Under the pieces are notes generated by a model. It was not told the origin of the DNA and did no database searches. It worked only from the letters and a program-made list of their open reading frames with translations. From assembly GCA_045538195.1 (NCBI GenBank), contig JAZSRA010000065.1, positions 1-24,000 of the forward strand: a stretch of DNA of 24,000 nt, in the 5' to 3' direction. The position numbers were made by a program, and so were the translations under genes. The stretch comes from Eubacteriales bacterium (GTDB lineage Bacteria > Bacillota > Clostridia > Oscillospirales > CAG-272). This document shows positions 23,458 to 24,000 of the stretch, one piece after another (position 1 is the stretch's first letter; each line of letters begins with the position of its first letter).

Positions 23458-23569
23458 AAATTAAGTTTAGCGGTGGGCAATATAGCAGAGTGACGTCTAC
23501 TCGCCAGACTCTACATTTTGAGTCCGCCGGGATATCCGGCGAATAATTCTTTAAGGGAGGATATCTATT

Positions 23570-23707
23570 ATGGAAGAAAAAAAGACCAATAGTACAATCA
23601 AGGAAAAGCTGTTCAAGAAGATCCCCACATTGTATGCTTGGCTGATCGTCGGCGGCGCATCAGCGGCTGTACTGATCCTTCAGCTCATTTTGATCTCCAA
23701 CACTTAA
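23570..23707 (+). CDS. Small (45 aa) single-pass membrane protein
   Basis: Below the ORF-track size cut-off. ATG at 23570 with AGGGAGG 9 nt upstream. MEEKKTNSTIKEKLFKKIPTLYAWLIVGGASAAVLILQLILISNT. Confidence 0.5.
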   Translation: MEEKKTNSTIKEKLFKKIPTLYAWLIVGGASAAVLILQLILISNT

Positions 23708-23734
23708 AAGACAATCAAGAAAGGAAAAACACCT

Positions 23735-24000
23735 ATGAAAAACATGAAGAAAAAGGGCTTTACTCTTGTAGAACTCCTCGTAGTAATTGCAATCATTGCA
23801 ATTCTCGCGGTTGTATCCGTTGTAGGATATACTGTATTTATTGACAGAGCTAACATGTCCGCTGACCAGCAGGCTGTTACTCAGATTAACACCATGCTCG
23901 AAGCTCTTGACGTAAACAACGAGCCCGAGGATATCGTTGCTCTGTGGGCATACTTGAACGAGACCGGCTTGACCGCAGAGGATTACAAGCCTCTTAGCAA
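23735..24000 (+). CDS. Type IV pilin/pseudopilin with prepilin N-terminal cleavage/methylation motif (partial; runs off the window end)
   Basis: MKNMKKKGFTLVELLVVIAIIAILAVVSVVGYTVFIDRANMSADQQAVTQINTMLEAL... The G/FTLVE class III signal is unmistakable. It is absent from the ORF track because it is open-ended. The track ORF 23638-23844 is a different frame. Confidence 0.85.
   Translation, partial: MKNMKKKGFTLVELLVVIAIIAILAVVSVVGYTVFIDRANMSADQQAVTQINTMLEALDVNNEPEDIVALWAYLNETGLTAEDYKPLS

Noticed and set aside
23638-23844. 68-aa plus-strand ORF from the track
   Set aside because: It is out of frame with, and overlaps, both the RBS-supported 45-aa ORF and the unmistakable prepilin gene starting at 23735. 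It is Arg/Cys-rich nonsense.
1-24000. CRISPR arrays, rRNA and tRNA genes
   Set aside because: I saw no regularly spaced direct repeats of 25-40 bp and no cloverleaf-like or rRNA-like conserved strings in any intergenic region.

Overview
Clostridia-like chromosomal window (the taxon is an inference from gene content and RBS/promoter style). Almost all genes lie on the minus strand.

Four blocks:

(1) 1-6944: a five-gene membrane-protein operon of unknown function, driven by a perfect consensus promoter. Its centrepiece is a 1124-aa fusion of a GH3-like glycosidase module lacking the catalytic motifs, a two-helix membrane hairpin, and a degenerate P-loop/AAA-like module. A paralogue of the last module starts 24 nt downstream.

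(2) 6912-7262: a decayed serine-recombinase relic that also carries the hairpin probably terminating the next operon.

(3) 7277-19830: a redox/H2 island.
- A seven-gene rex operon: rex, an APH-fold kinase, two tandem thioredoxin-like [2Fe-2S] ferredoxins, a PAS-containing sensory [FeFe] hydrogenase (HydS type), a PP2C/SpoIIE phosphatase, and a group-B-like [FeFe] hydrogenase.
- Then nfnAB, an SDR, an Fe-type alcohol dehydrogenase and a LysR regulator.
- The rex operon and the adh gene share a 40-bp promoter/operator block (38/40 identical).

(4) 19831-24000: an AT-rich accessory stretch.
- A secreted, C-terminally anchored surface protein with Thr/Glu repeats.
- An ORF-less group IIC-intron-like RNA, with a textbook domain V, lying downstream of the terminator of an XRE regulator gene.
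- Two strong plus-strand promoters with a long non-coding leader.
- A 45-aa membrane peptide and the start of a type IV pilin gene.

No rRNA, tRNA or CRISPR array was seen. Several ORF-track starts are TTG artefacts and were re-set to RBS-supported ATGs. All family assignments are by-eye motif recognition and need HMM/BLAST confirmation.
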